From the NCBI GenBank assembly GCA_963575745.1, contig CAUYUJ010000248.1, positions 372,001 to 436,000 on the forward strand: a stretch of DNA of 64,000 bases, given 5' to 3'. This document shows, piece after piece, positions 46,654-58,270 of this stretch (positions are counted from its first letter, which is position 1; every line of letters begins with the position of its first letter). The notes below the pieces were generated by a model. That model did no database searches. It was given only the letters and a program-made list of their open reading frames with translations, and was not told the origin of the DNA. Source of the DNA: Prorocentrum cordatum. Lineage: Eukaryota. The translations under genes were made by a program, and so were the position numbers.

Positions 46654-48451
46654 TGGGGCCCAGCAGCCCCCGGACTACGACGATGCCGATGGCGGCGGCG
46701 GCGACGACGACGATGGCAATGATGACGGCGACGACGCGCCTTGTGGACGACGTGTTTCAGTACGCTGAATGGCGGCACGCGCGCTCCCGCTTGGGCGGCC
46801 CTGCTCGAGCGCGGGCTCACAGCACGACGCTCATGCGGCGGCGCAAGAACTCGACCCAAGCTTCCTCGGTGACACCGTCCAAAAACTCATCCAGGCCGAC
46901 AACGGAAACGTCGCCGATGCCTCCAGAGGCGCCGCCATTGTCCGCGAAATCGTCATCGATGTTGAAGTCCTCCACGGGGTCGCCCTCGAAGCTGAAGTTC
47001 GTGATGTTGTCGGCGATGTCGCCTTCTGACGGCACCAGCGTGGCCTCGCCGTCGGACTCGGGTCAAGGATCAAGGATGCTGAGGTTTTTGTCTGGATGGC
47101 CCAGGATGCTGCTAGATTGTCTTGGGAGGTGGATCCCAGGAGCGAGTCCCCGCTGGTGCAGAAGGCCCCCGGAGCTAGGCCGCTAATCGAGCTCAGACGC
47201 AGGCGGTGCAATAGGTTTGCTGGGACAGCCGATGCGTTCCGTGCGCCCGGATCCAGTCATTATAATAAGTCAGGCCATGGGCAAGGCTTGGCTGACCGTT
47301 TCTTCCGCTGCACTCCCGAGGTTGTTTTCCCCCTGAGGCCGTGCAGGTCGTCCTGCAAGAGGCTGCCGAACAGGACGGCCTGGTCGGCGGAGATGGCGGA
47401 GGTGCACCCGACCCGTCAGCGGAGGCCGACCGCGGGGCGAGGGGTGAGGCAGGCAAGAGGAGCGCGATCTGGAGGTCGAAGCTCATCATGGTTTCGGCCA
47501 TTTGGCTGGGAAGTTTGGTTCAGTCGTTATTGGTTTGGCCTGTGATGCGTATAGCGTTGCTGGAGGCACAAATCCCAAGCTTGGAAAAGATATCAGTCCT
47601 GGCAGTCGCTGCAGGACCAGGGTGGCCGTCGGATCCAAGATTTCGTTGCCGAATTTTGTTGGCGGGCACCGTTCGACCCTTCAGGGCAACCCGGCGCTGT
47701 CAAATTTTGCGCGGCGGTTGCACGACGACGGTGGTTGCGCGAAATGAGCGTGTTTGATACCATTAATGTTCGCGGGCGTTGCAACCAAAGCAGAGTGGAT
47801 CTTAACGCGAAATCTCAGCTTCCAGACCACATTTGTTGTTGTGTTTGAACACGTTGCCACTGCATCGCAAAGGCAGCTTTATGTTTTCAGAAGAAACCCG
47901 TTTCTTCGTTTACGATTTTTCGCAATGTCGTCATTGTTTTGCGTTTGCTGGCCAGATAGGCCGTGCGGTCAGTCTAACGAGTTTCGGCCGTTGTCAAACT
48001 TTCGTAGGGGGGGGGGTACTTGTTTAACCGAGACGTCGTTGTTATTTTCCTGGGGTGGTTACCCTTGAAGATTCGGATTATGTTGTCGTCGCTTTGCCTG
48101 CGCAATCGGTTTCACAAGAGTGTGCCAGAAGTGATGAAAATATTGTAATGGTCAATCTGACACCCCCATTACGCGTGCTGATGAAGCGGCTCAGATCTCT
48201 CGTGCCACGCGTGCTCTCCATCCTGGCACAGGCCGCCTCTCGGTGCCTGTGTAAGCACACGCCACACAGCCTCCTCTGGCTTTCACAACTGCAGGGGGCG
48301 CCGTGGCGTGCTTGGAGAACCCGGTGTTGTCGCATTTTCTTCACAGCAGTGCAGTTCCAGGTTTCCTCCAATGGGAAGCGTTTGGTCACCAGACGCCCCT
48401 TCATCGCTCGGGACCTCTCCCAGGTATTCCCCCTCTAGGTGTGACGCTCCG

Positions 48452-48584
48452 CCTCCTCCTCCTCCTCCTCATCCTCCTCCTCCTCGTCCTCCTTTTCCTC
48501 CTCCTCCTCCTCCTCCTCCTCCTCATCCTCCTCCTCCTTTTCATCCTCCTTTTCCTTATCCGTCTCCTCCTCCTCCTCCTCCTC

Positions 48585-48622
<38 letters not shown>

Positions 48623-48736
48623 GCTGCTCCTCCTGCCGCTCCTCCTCATCCTCTTCCTCCTCATCCCCATCATCATCAGCAGCATCATCATCGTCATCAT
48701 CAGCAGCATCATCATCAGCATCAGCATCAGCATCAG

Positions 48737-48802
<66 letters not shown>

Positions 48803-49502
48803 AATCACCATCGTCAGCATCATCAACATCATCAGGATCGTCCTCATCGTCATCATCAGCATCATCATCGTCATCAGCATCAGCATCAGCATCAGCATGA
48901 GCATCATCATCCCCCTCCTCCTCCCCCTCTTCCTCCTCTCCTTCCTCCTCCTCCTCCTCCTCCTTCTCCTCCTCCTCCTCCTCCTTCTCCTCCTCCTCTT
49001 CCTCCTCCTCCTTCTCATGTTCCTCTCCTTCTCCTCCTCCTCCTCCTCCTCCTCCTCCTCCTCCTCCTCCGTCTCCTCCTCCTGCTCTCCCTCCTCCTCC
49101 TCCTCCTCCCGCCTCCTCCTCCTCCTCCTCCTTCCCATCCTTCCCATCCTCCCTCCTGCTCCTGTTGCTCCTCCTCTTCCTCATTTTCCTCCTCCTCCTC
49201 CTCCTCCTCCTCTTCCTCCTCGTCGTCCCCATCATCGTCATCATCATCATCATCAGCAGCAGCAGCATCATCCTCATCCTCATCCTCATCCTCATCCTCA
49301 TCCTCATCATCTTCCTCCTCCTCCCCATCATCATCAGCGGCATCAGCATCAGCATCAGCATCATCATCAGCAACATCATCATCATCATAATCATCATCCG
49401 CATCATCATCATCATCAGCAGCAGCAGCATCATCATCAGCAGTATCATCATCGTCAGCATCAGCATCAGCATCAGCGACAGCATCAGCGACAGCATAATC
49501 AT

Positions 49503-49541
<39 letters not shown>

Positions 49542-50125
49542 CCTCATCATCAGCATCATCACCATCATCAGCATCGTCATCAGCATCATCATCAGCAGCA
49601 TCATCCGCAGCATACTCAGCCTCAGCATCATCCTCATCAGCAGCATCATCATCAGCAGCATCATCCTGTTCCTCCTTCTCCGCCTCCTCCTCCCTCCTGC
49701 TTCGCCTGCTCCTGCTCCTGCTCATCCTCCTCCTTCTCCTCCTCCTGTTCCTGCTGCTCCTCATCCTCATCCTCCGCCTCCCTTCTCTTCCCTCCCCCTC
49801 CTCCTCCTCCTCCTGATCCTCCTCCTCTTCCTCCTCCTCCTTCGCCTCTCCCTCCTCCTCCTCCTCCTCCTCCTCCTCCTCCTCCTACTCTTCCTCCTCC
49901 TCCTCCTCCTCTTCCTCCTCCTCCTCCTCCTCCTCCACCCTCCTCCGTTCTCATCCTCCCTCCTCCCTCCTCCTCCTCCTCCTCCTCCTCATCCTCCTCT
50001 TCCTTCTCCTCCTCCTCTTCCTTCTCCTCCTCCTCCTCCTCCTTCTCCTCCTCCTCGTCCTCCTCCTCCTCCTCCTCCTTATCCTCCTCCACCTCCTCCT
50101 CCTCCTCCTCCTCCTCCTCCTCCTT
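48452..50125. repeat. 1.7-kb compound trinucleotide tract (CCT)n-(CAT/CAG)n-(CCT)n-(CAT/CAG)n-(CCT)n
   Basis: Direct reading. Confidence 0.97.
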
Positions 50126-50974
50126 TTCCTCTCTCGTCAACATGTTTGAATCCAGGGTGTCTGGCGTCGGCCAGGTAGTCACGGGGGACTTCTTCAGCGC
50201 TTCCGAGCCTGTCTACGGCAGGTTCGCGCCGGGAGTGGACGTGGCGGCGACCCCAGCCTGGGTGTTCAAAGTTGGACGCCGCCACGGGCTTGGAATCGGC
50301 CGACGTCGAGCAAATGGTGCTGTCGGAAAGCCGCGAACGTTCACGGTTTGAACGATCCACGCGAGGTTAGAAACCAACGCCGAAGTCGTCACGACGCGAA
50401 CTCGCCAATCCCTTGATCTACAGACATTCGGCGCCTCGAAAGAATCGCGGCGACCCTTTGTAATCTTTTTCTGGGGTCGTTGGAGGCCTGGTTCGGACCT
50501 CGGGACCGTCAATCGGTATGAAAAGCAGGCCCCCCAGGAAAGCGGCTAGGAGGTTCAGGGTCCCACAAACAAACAAGCGGAGCGCCAGATGTCTAGGCCC
50601 GTTCTGGCCGATTGCGTGTTCTGGGAACCATGTGGAGCCCCCCCGTGGTTTGGGAGCTATCGGGGTGCGCGACATGGCCCTGGCTGGCCTTCCTTGGTTA
50701 GCGCTGGCCCTAACTGGCTTGTCCCCGAACGCGGCTGGGTATCCTCGACGTTCGCGAATCGAGGATCCAGGTTCCCTGACCTACAGCGGATTGAGTTTGT
50801 CAATCCCGCGAGTTTTCTTCCTGAAATTCGACTTCCAGAGGGCGCTTTCGGACCATAGGAACTGTCGGAAATTGATCCAGGACGAAAAACGCCCCCCAGG
50901 GGAGGGAGTCGAGACATGTCGAGACCTCTTGGGCACGCGAGCTGAAAAAGCACATCGTGCGACGTCTGGGGCCG

Positions 50975-51590
50975 AGGAGAAGGAAGAGGAGGAGGAAGAG
51001 GAGGAGGGGGAGGAGGAGGGAGGAAGAGGAGGAGGAGGGGGAGGAGGAGGAGGAGGAGGAGGAGGAGGAAGAGGAGGAAGAGGAGGGAGGAAGAGGAGGA
51101 GGAAGGAGGAGGACGAGGAGGAGGAGGAGGAGGATGACGAGGACGAGGACGAGGAGGAGGATCTTTGATCCTCGCTTTCTCCTGCCCTTAGATATTATCG
51201 GGTCGTGGTCAATATTTGCAACGCCGCGGGTCTCACCCCTTCCTCCTTACTTGTCTTTCGTTCTCCTCTCCCTCGTCCTCCTCCTTCCTCCTCTTTCCTC
51301 ATCATCCTCCCTTCCTCCTGCTCATTCCTCCTAAATCCTGCTCATCCTCGTCCCTCCTCCTCCTCCTTGCTCCTCCTCTTTCCTCCTCCTCCTCTCCTCC
51401 TCCTCCTCCTCCTCCTCCTCTTCCTCCTCATCCTCCTCCTCCTCCGCCTTCTCTTCCTCATTCCTCATTCTTCCTTCCTCCTCCATCCTCCTCATTCCTT
51501 CTCCTTCCTCCCAGCTCCTCTTTCGTCCTCCTCAGTCCTCCTCCTTCCTCCTTCCTCCTCTTCCGCCCCTCTTCTTTGTCATCCTCCTGC
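50975..51590. repeat. (GGA)n tract followed after ~70 bp by a (CCT)n tract
   Basis: Direct reading: 50975-51160 and 51230-51590. Confidence 0.95.
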
Positions 51591-51618
51591 CCGCGCCCAT
51601 GTCGGCGCACACCTTATG

Positions 51619-51870
51619 GATCGTGGCCCCTTGGGAGCTCCACCTCCGGAGTCAGTGGACCCGCCCACACGCGGACCCGCGACCATTTCGGCACCCCCGC
51701 CGACAAGGATCGTGGCCCCGCTGGGAACTGCACCTACGGTGTAAGAGGGTCCGACCGCGTGCGGGCCCGCGACCATTCGGGCACAGCCCTCACGAGGACA
51801 GTGGCCCAATAGGGAGCTGAACCTACGGTCTCAGAGGGCCCACCGCATGCGGAACGGCGCCCATTCCGCC
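51619..51870. repeat. 89-bp tandem repeat, 3 diverged copies
   Basis: GA(T/C)(C/A)GTGGCCC...GGGA(G/A)CT..ACCT.CGG starts at 51619, 51708 and 51797. Confidence 0.85.
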
Positions 51871-52599
51871 CAGCCCCTGGCCTCCCCAAACTCCACCCTC
51901 TTACGGCGCGCAGTGCACGAAGAGAGGGCCATGCTCTGCACTGCACGCAGCTGCACAAGGCTGGGCCCCTCGACAGGCTAATTGTATGTCCTCTGCCGCT
52001 GTTGGGCCTCTAGAGGCCCCTGGACCTCCGGAGATCACGTGGAGGTCGACCTCCAGGCCCTCCCGGCGCAGCGACCCTCGAGCTTCGAGGATCAGTATCG
52101 AGGATCGGGGATCAAGATTGTTGCGTGCGCGTCGTCCTCCTTCTCCTCTTTCCTCCTCACTCGGCGGTGGGGCGACTTTCGTGAGCAGCGCGCTGCACAC
52201 GACCCTGCCTGCCTGCTCGGGTCTCCCGGTCCTCCGGAGGAGTATTCACTGAAAGGGTGTCGCAGAGCCATGCCGCCAACGGAGCCTCGGGGCCGTAGAA
52301 AGGCTTGGTGCGCTTCACTCTGGGCGCATGCTCTGACCGAGCCTCTGGGCAAACAAAACAGTCCAAAAGAGTGCCTCTCCTCCTCCTCGTCCTCCTCCTC
52401 CTGCTGCTCCTCCTCCTCCTCCTCCTTGTCATCCTCCCTATCCTCCCTCGCTCTCCTCCTCCATTTGAATGTTGGTATCTTGCTCAGGTGCCGCCGCCAT
52501 CGGGCAGCACCTGAATTGCATGCATCCGCCGCTCACTGGATCAATTCCTTTCGACGCACGTAGTTTCCTCATCGTGTCGATGGGCACGTTATGTCATGA

Positions 52600-53960
52600 G
52601 TGTGCGGCCGAAGGTGATTGAACTTTCTAGAATGGTCCAAGTGCAGTGCCAGTCCCATCTCGAACGGAGCATGCACGATCATTCAGTGCCCTGCCCTTCT
52701 GATGATGAGTTGGTCTTGGTCTCCGTCCAGTTTTCTGAGGGCTAACCCAACGCAGTTGCTGGAGTTGGCCGCCAGTCTGGTGCTTGTGGGAAGAAGGGGC
52801 CCTGGTGCTGCTTGCATCTCCGCGCCAAAAACGAACAAGACGCAGACAACCACTCGGGCCATGGTCGCAGCCGCCAATGGCAGGCGCAGCGGAGGAGACA
52901 GCTGCGACTGGCATCATAAGGCGAGGCCTATGGACATGATCAGTGGCCCTGTCACCGACCCGTAAGACACCATCAATCCACAGACCATCCAGAAGATGAC
53001 GACGTGATTTTGACTCCGTCGTGGTGGGCGCCATGGTAGTTCCCGGCTCGTGGTGCTGAATAGCGACGTGGAGATCTAGCCCGTCGCGGTGGACACCGTC
53101 TTGATGCACGACTCTGCATTGGTAGATAGCAACGACATGTTCAACTCCGTCGTGGTGGATAACTTGGTGGCGATCCGTTCCTTATGAATGGGAAGCTACG
53201 CCGTAATAGACCCCTCATGCCCCTCACTGGTAGATGTCAGGGTCGTGCTGCTGGTGCCCGTCGTTGTGCTCAACGACCCGCCGCTGGTACCCGTCGGGCT
53301 TCTCCCCCAAGAATTTCACCGCACACGGCGGGCTGCTCCTGCTGCTGGTAACCCGTGAGCGCCCAAGTTCATGGTGATGGGCGGCGTCGCGTTGTCCGAC
53401 CCTTTCACGGGTACCAGCGACGCGGCCGAGACAACAGGTTAACAAATAGTCCTCCTCCCTCCCTGGTGGATACCTTGGCGGGCTCTATAGATAGTGGCGG
53501 AGCAGGCGTTGGAAGGGGAGTTGGAGCTGGAGTAGGAATTGGCGCTGACGTCATGCTGCTGGTGCCCGAGGTGCTGCACTGAGATGTGCTGCTCGTCGCA
53601 CGGCGTCGGAGCTGGAATCGGAGCCGGGGGTAGAAATGGAGGAAGGGATCAAGCCGTAGCCAGCGCAGGAGTCGGAGATGGGATCGGAGCCACAGCATGC
53701 GTCGAAAGGGAGTCAGAGCCGAAATCGGAAGTGGCATTTGTGACATGCCGTTGGTGTGCGAGTTGGTGCTCGTGGCACGAGGTTGGTGCTGTAGTCGTGG
53801 CTGGTGTGCACGCTGCAGTCGCGGCTTGTCCGCCGTAGTCGATGTTGGTATCGGTGGTGTTGTCGATGCTGGAGTTGGCGTTGGTGCTGGTGTAAATGCT
53901 TTGCTTGCTCTGATCCGAAGGGGGGGCAGGATTTGTCCGCAGGCCGGGTGCTCCACGCAC
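52600..53960 (-). pseudogene. Decayed gene fragment with Pro/Thr (PTPAPT) repeats and hydrophobic segments, possibly a surface or membrane protein
   Basis: TPAPTPTPASTTPPIPT and SAPIPTPAPTPLPTPAP, with downstream hydrophobic VVIFWMVCGLMV and VVVCVLFVFG. Many stops. Confidence 0.3.
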
Positions 53961-54649
53961 GCACGGGTGTTCCGAGTCTAGGGCCTTCTTTCCGTTCGTC
54001 TCCTCCGCTTCTGGTCGATGCGCGTGGCGCTGTGCTGCCACGCAGTTATTTCACTCAGCGTTTTACTTGCCAAGCGTACGTGCCTTACAATGTGCTCAGG
54101 ACTGTGTGCGACTGACCTTGCACTGCACGCAAACCTCTCGGATCCTTGGATCTTGTTCGCCATTGGATCCTCGTGCTGTGACGTGGCGTCTGTTGTGCTT
54201 CCTTTATCGCTCCTTCTCTCTCTATCTCTATCTCTATCTATCTCTCTCTCTCTTTCTCTCTCTCTCTCTCCCTCTCTCTCTCTCTCTCTCGCTCCCCATT
54301 TTCTTTTCCGCTTTCACCGTGGGGCTGATATCAGTCAGGGCGTTTGATATCGTGGTGCACGCTCCCTCCACTGCGGCGTGTCGCTCTCTCCCTTCTTGTC
54401 TCTTCTCCTCTGGGATGCCGTTGTGCGAGCTTGTATCATATAAGTGGCCGTTTGGGCCGCAGGGGATCCCCGCACAGCGCCCTCCCCCCTTTTCCCCCTC
54501 CTCCTCCTCCTCGTCCTCCCCCCTTTCCCTCTCCTCCACCTACTCCCCCTCCTCCTCCTCCTTCTCCTTCTCCTCCTCCTCCTCCTCCTCCTCCTCCTCC
54601 TCCTCCTCCTCCTCTACCTCCTCCTCTTCTCCCTCGTTCCTCTTCCGTG

Positions 54650-55400
54650 AGCTTGCGATTCTCGTGAACAGTGGCGTGGCGGCGGACGTTGGCCATTGCA
54701 TTCTGGAGGGACTCATGGATGTTAGCTGCAGGTGGAGCGTTCTTGATGGAAAACTTGATTGAGGGCTCGGAGGCCGCACTCTGACTTCAGTGCACCCTGT
54801 AGCATCAAGGAGCTCGTGTGAAGCCAATGCCTTTGCAGTGTTGGGGTCGGTGGGTTTCAGACGCGCGCATCACAAATTATAGATTATCCGAGAAAAATCA
54901 CCCGTCGGTCTAGAGGCGAATGTGTAGGTAGACATGACAGAGCCGAAGAAGCGCGACATGATGGGAAGGTGGATGGAGCGTGGTAGGATTACTCGAAGTT
55001 GAACGAGTTCCATTTGCACCAGCTGAAGATGGCTGGCTCTGACGGCTGCTTGGGCGATTGGTTCTTTGCTCAATTGAGTTGCTTACCTCTTGGAGCCATC
55101 CAGGGCGTCTCGAGTAGACCAATAGTCTTGTATCTCGTGCTGTTACGCCAGAAACGGATCCCATGCATGCGGTGGTCTATGAGCTCCGCCGGCTTGCGAC
55201 CGGACACATGCTAGGGCATGAGCAGAGGTCCCTTGCGGAGCACGTCTTGCAGGGAGCCGTGCTGAAGTCCACGGAGGGTGGTTGATTATCGGATTGACCA
55301 GCATCGAGGGGATCGGAGGTTAGGATAGTCGCAGAGAACCAACAGGATTGGCGAGGATCTCGCATACAATACCATTTCACTGCGATTGGTTTGCTAGGCA
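54650..55400 (-). pseudogene. Possible DIRS-type RT fragment
   Basis: SRFFGSVMSTYTFASRPTGDFSRIIYNL resembles the DIRS RT 'PFG..SV..F.R.G' region. Weak. Confidence 0.25.
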
Positions 55401-55784
55401 CATGGCCATTAGTTAGCCAGAGTGCCTCGCGCTATCCCGTTCTCTCTCTCTCTCTCTCTTTCTAGTTCTCTCTCTCTTTCTCTCTCTCTGTCTCTCTCTC
55501 TCTCTCTCTCTTTCTCTCTGTTTCTCTCCATCTCTCGATCACACGCTGTGCATGTATATATATATATATATGTATGTGTGTATGTCGCTCACTCTCTCTC
55601 TCTCTCGATCTTATGTTCTCTCCCTCTCTCCCTCTCTCCGTCGTTCTCTCTCTCTCTCTCTTTTTCTCTCTCTCTCTCTCTCTACACACACACGTCTGTA
55701 TGTATTTTTGACATCTTTATACATGCAGAGAGAGATATGCCTGTGCTAGCGAGCGCTGGCCCCAACCAGTGTATTTCAGCGGTT

Positions 55785-58270
55785 TACGTTGTGCAATAGT
55801 TTTAGAACAACTTATGTGTGTTGCAACCTGCGCAGTGCAATATATACGGTGCACTATATGTGGTGCAACCTAGGTGATGCAATGTTGTGGTGCCGCCTAT
55901 GCTGTACAACATATAGTGTGAAATCGCGAATGTGCAATCTATATGGTGCAATTTGCTGTTGGGCAAGTTATGCGGGGCAACCTTAGAATGTGCAATCTAT
56001 GTGGGGCAACTCGCCCTGCCGAACTCGAAGTTGTCAACTCCACTGCTCGCGCAATCATCCCGCCCACCCACCCGCAACTTGGTTTGCAAAACCCACGCGG
56101 CTGCGATTGCGATGACTGCGTGGCGCTGGCTAGCGCATCGCTGCGGCCGCGCTACGACGACGGAAGGGGCTATGACGGCGCCAATGCTGATCACGCCGAC
56201 GACGATGATAGTGTGCACGCGTCCCCCTCGGTGATGAGGGTTTCGGAAGGATTTCGACATGCGCGCGCGGCTGGCGCGCGCGAGTGGCCCGCACGGTGTT
56301 ATTTGACAGGGACGTTGCCCCCCCAGCACGCGCGCAGTGGCGCTCGAATGATTTCGACGTGGGCGCGCGAGCGGCCCGTTCGTTAGCAGCCCGTAAAATC
56401 TTAGATAACTTATGGTATCCTTAAGAAATCGTAAGAGTGCACGCGTGTATCCTTTCTTACGACAGCAAAGAACACCGGACACAAAACCAGTTTGTGTTTT
56501 ATACGTGTCCGGGACATTCGGTTTTGAAATTCCGACGGGCCCTAAAGTTTTGAAGAATTCCAGCATTCGCACGCGACGACGCGCGCGGGCGGATTGTGTC
56601 CCATCTGTTGCCAGAGATCCTACTGTGCGCACGTATTGTTATTTGACAAAGAAGGTGGAGGGCGTCGAACCTGGCCTGGCTGGGATGGTACGGGTTCATA
56701 CTTTGAATGAAGAAGTTCGCAGAATCATATGTACATGGCACATGTCCAGGCCCGACCAATAAGACTGTGGGGGGGGATCAGATCCTCATTTCCGTTGCGA
56801 AAAGAAGAATCTACGTGGTGCAATCTGTGTGGTGCGATATATGTTTCGCAACCGGCGTGGTCTGATTTATGTGGTACGACCTATTTCGCGAAATCTGTGT
56901 AGTGCAACCCACATGGTGCCATATATGCGGGGCAATATATGTTGTGCAACCTATGCGGTGCAACCTATATGGTGCGATTTTGTTGCGCCGCGCATATCGT
57001 AAACTATATGTCGTGCGATCTATAACCTGCAAAAAATGAGATGGTGCACTCTATGTTGGGCAATGCATGTGGGGCAACCTATGTCGTGCAATCTACGTGG
57101 TGCAGTTCACCCTGCCGGGTTAAAACTGTTAATTCCGATTGCGATGATTGTTCGGCGCTGGCTGGCACATCGCCACGGCCGCGGCCGCGATGGCGCTTCC
57201 CGCTGGGGACTTCCAGCACGTTTCGCAGGCCGCGCTGACGCGCGAGCACTTCAGTGCGAGTCGGTGACTCGAGCGGGCGCGGTATCGTGGCGACGTCGCG
57301 GGGGGAACGCACGATGATGATACTAGCGATGTTGATAACTAAGATGACAATGGCGACAAGGGCAATGACGGCGCCGATGCTGATCACGCCGATGCCGATG
57401 ATGGTGTGCACGCGTCGGCGATGAACGTTTTGGAAGGATTTCGACATGCGGGCGCGGCTAGCGCGCGCGAGTGGCCCGCATGGTGTTGTTTGACAGCGAG
57501 TGTGCCCCCACAAGCACGCGCGTAAGGGCGTTCGAATGATTTCGACTCGCGCGCGAGCGCATGCTTTGTTGAAATCTCTTCTTGCGAAACCATGCTGTTC
57601 ATGTGTTCGGGACACTCGGTGGTGACATCCTTGGGAAACCTCCGGTTCTTGAAGGATGTCGGCATGCGTGCGCGACGACGTGCGCGTGTGCATTTCGCCT
57701 CATGTTGAAAGGCCCCTCGCGACAGCACGCGAGCAAAAGCGTTCGAATGATTTTGACACGCGCGCGCGAGAGGCACATTCGGTAGCATTTGAAGAGCACG
57801 TGCGCGTGATGTATTGAAAGTTTTTGTTGCGAGACCAATTGTTTTCAATGTGTTCGGGACAATCGATTTTAAAACCCCTACGCCACCGAAGGTTGTTGAA
57901 AGAGTTCGGCATTCGCGCGCGACGACGCGAGCGTGCGCACATCGTATCATGGTGCAAGGGGTTCTTGAAGACTGATGAATTGTGATGAAAAAAGTGCGCG
58001 CGCATACTACTTTGTGCAGATGACGAACGGGGAGTCGTTAAGCGACTGCTAAAGAAGGTACAAACTCGTATTTAACATAGGCTACTGTGCAGAGTCATAT
58101 ACGAAACACAATACCAAAAAAAGGGTGACGTGTTAAGTCTCGAAGGGGAGGGAGGGACTTGATATATTTCTTGGAAGGGAAAATCGACGTTGTGCAGCGT
58201 ATGTGGTGTAGCCCGCATGGTGCAATGGATGCGGCGCAAGCTATGTGATGCGATTTTGGTTGTGCAATTT
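55785..58270. repeat. Composite tandem repeat: arrays of a 14-bp unit (GTGCAATCTATGTG) alternating with a duplicated several-hundred-bp module
   Basis: 14-bp arrays at ~55790-56010, 56810-57110 and 58190-58270. The module ATGACGGCGCC.ATGCTGATCACGCCGA...GGAAGGATTTCGACATGCG.GCGCGGCT.GCGCGCGCGAGTGGCCCGCA occurs at ~56170 and ~57365. Confidence 0.85.

Noticed and set aside
40790..48170. TIRs delimiting a 7.4-kb Merlin element
   Set aside because: Only patchy similarity between the candidate ends and no TSD found.
48212..48232. Degenerate relict SL (CTCCATCCTGGCACAGG)
   Set aside because: Too many mismatches and no supporting ORF downstream.
48303..50351. 682-aa ORF and overlapping His/Gln/Pro/Leu-rich ORFs
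   Set aside because: These are translations of CCT/CAT/CAG tracts open in several frames, with no globular content.
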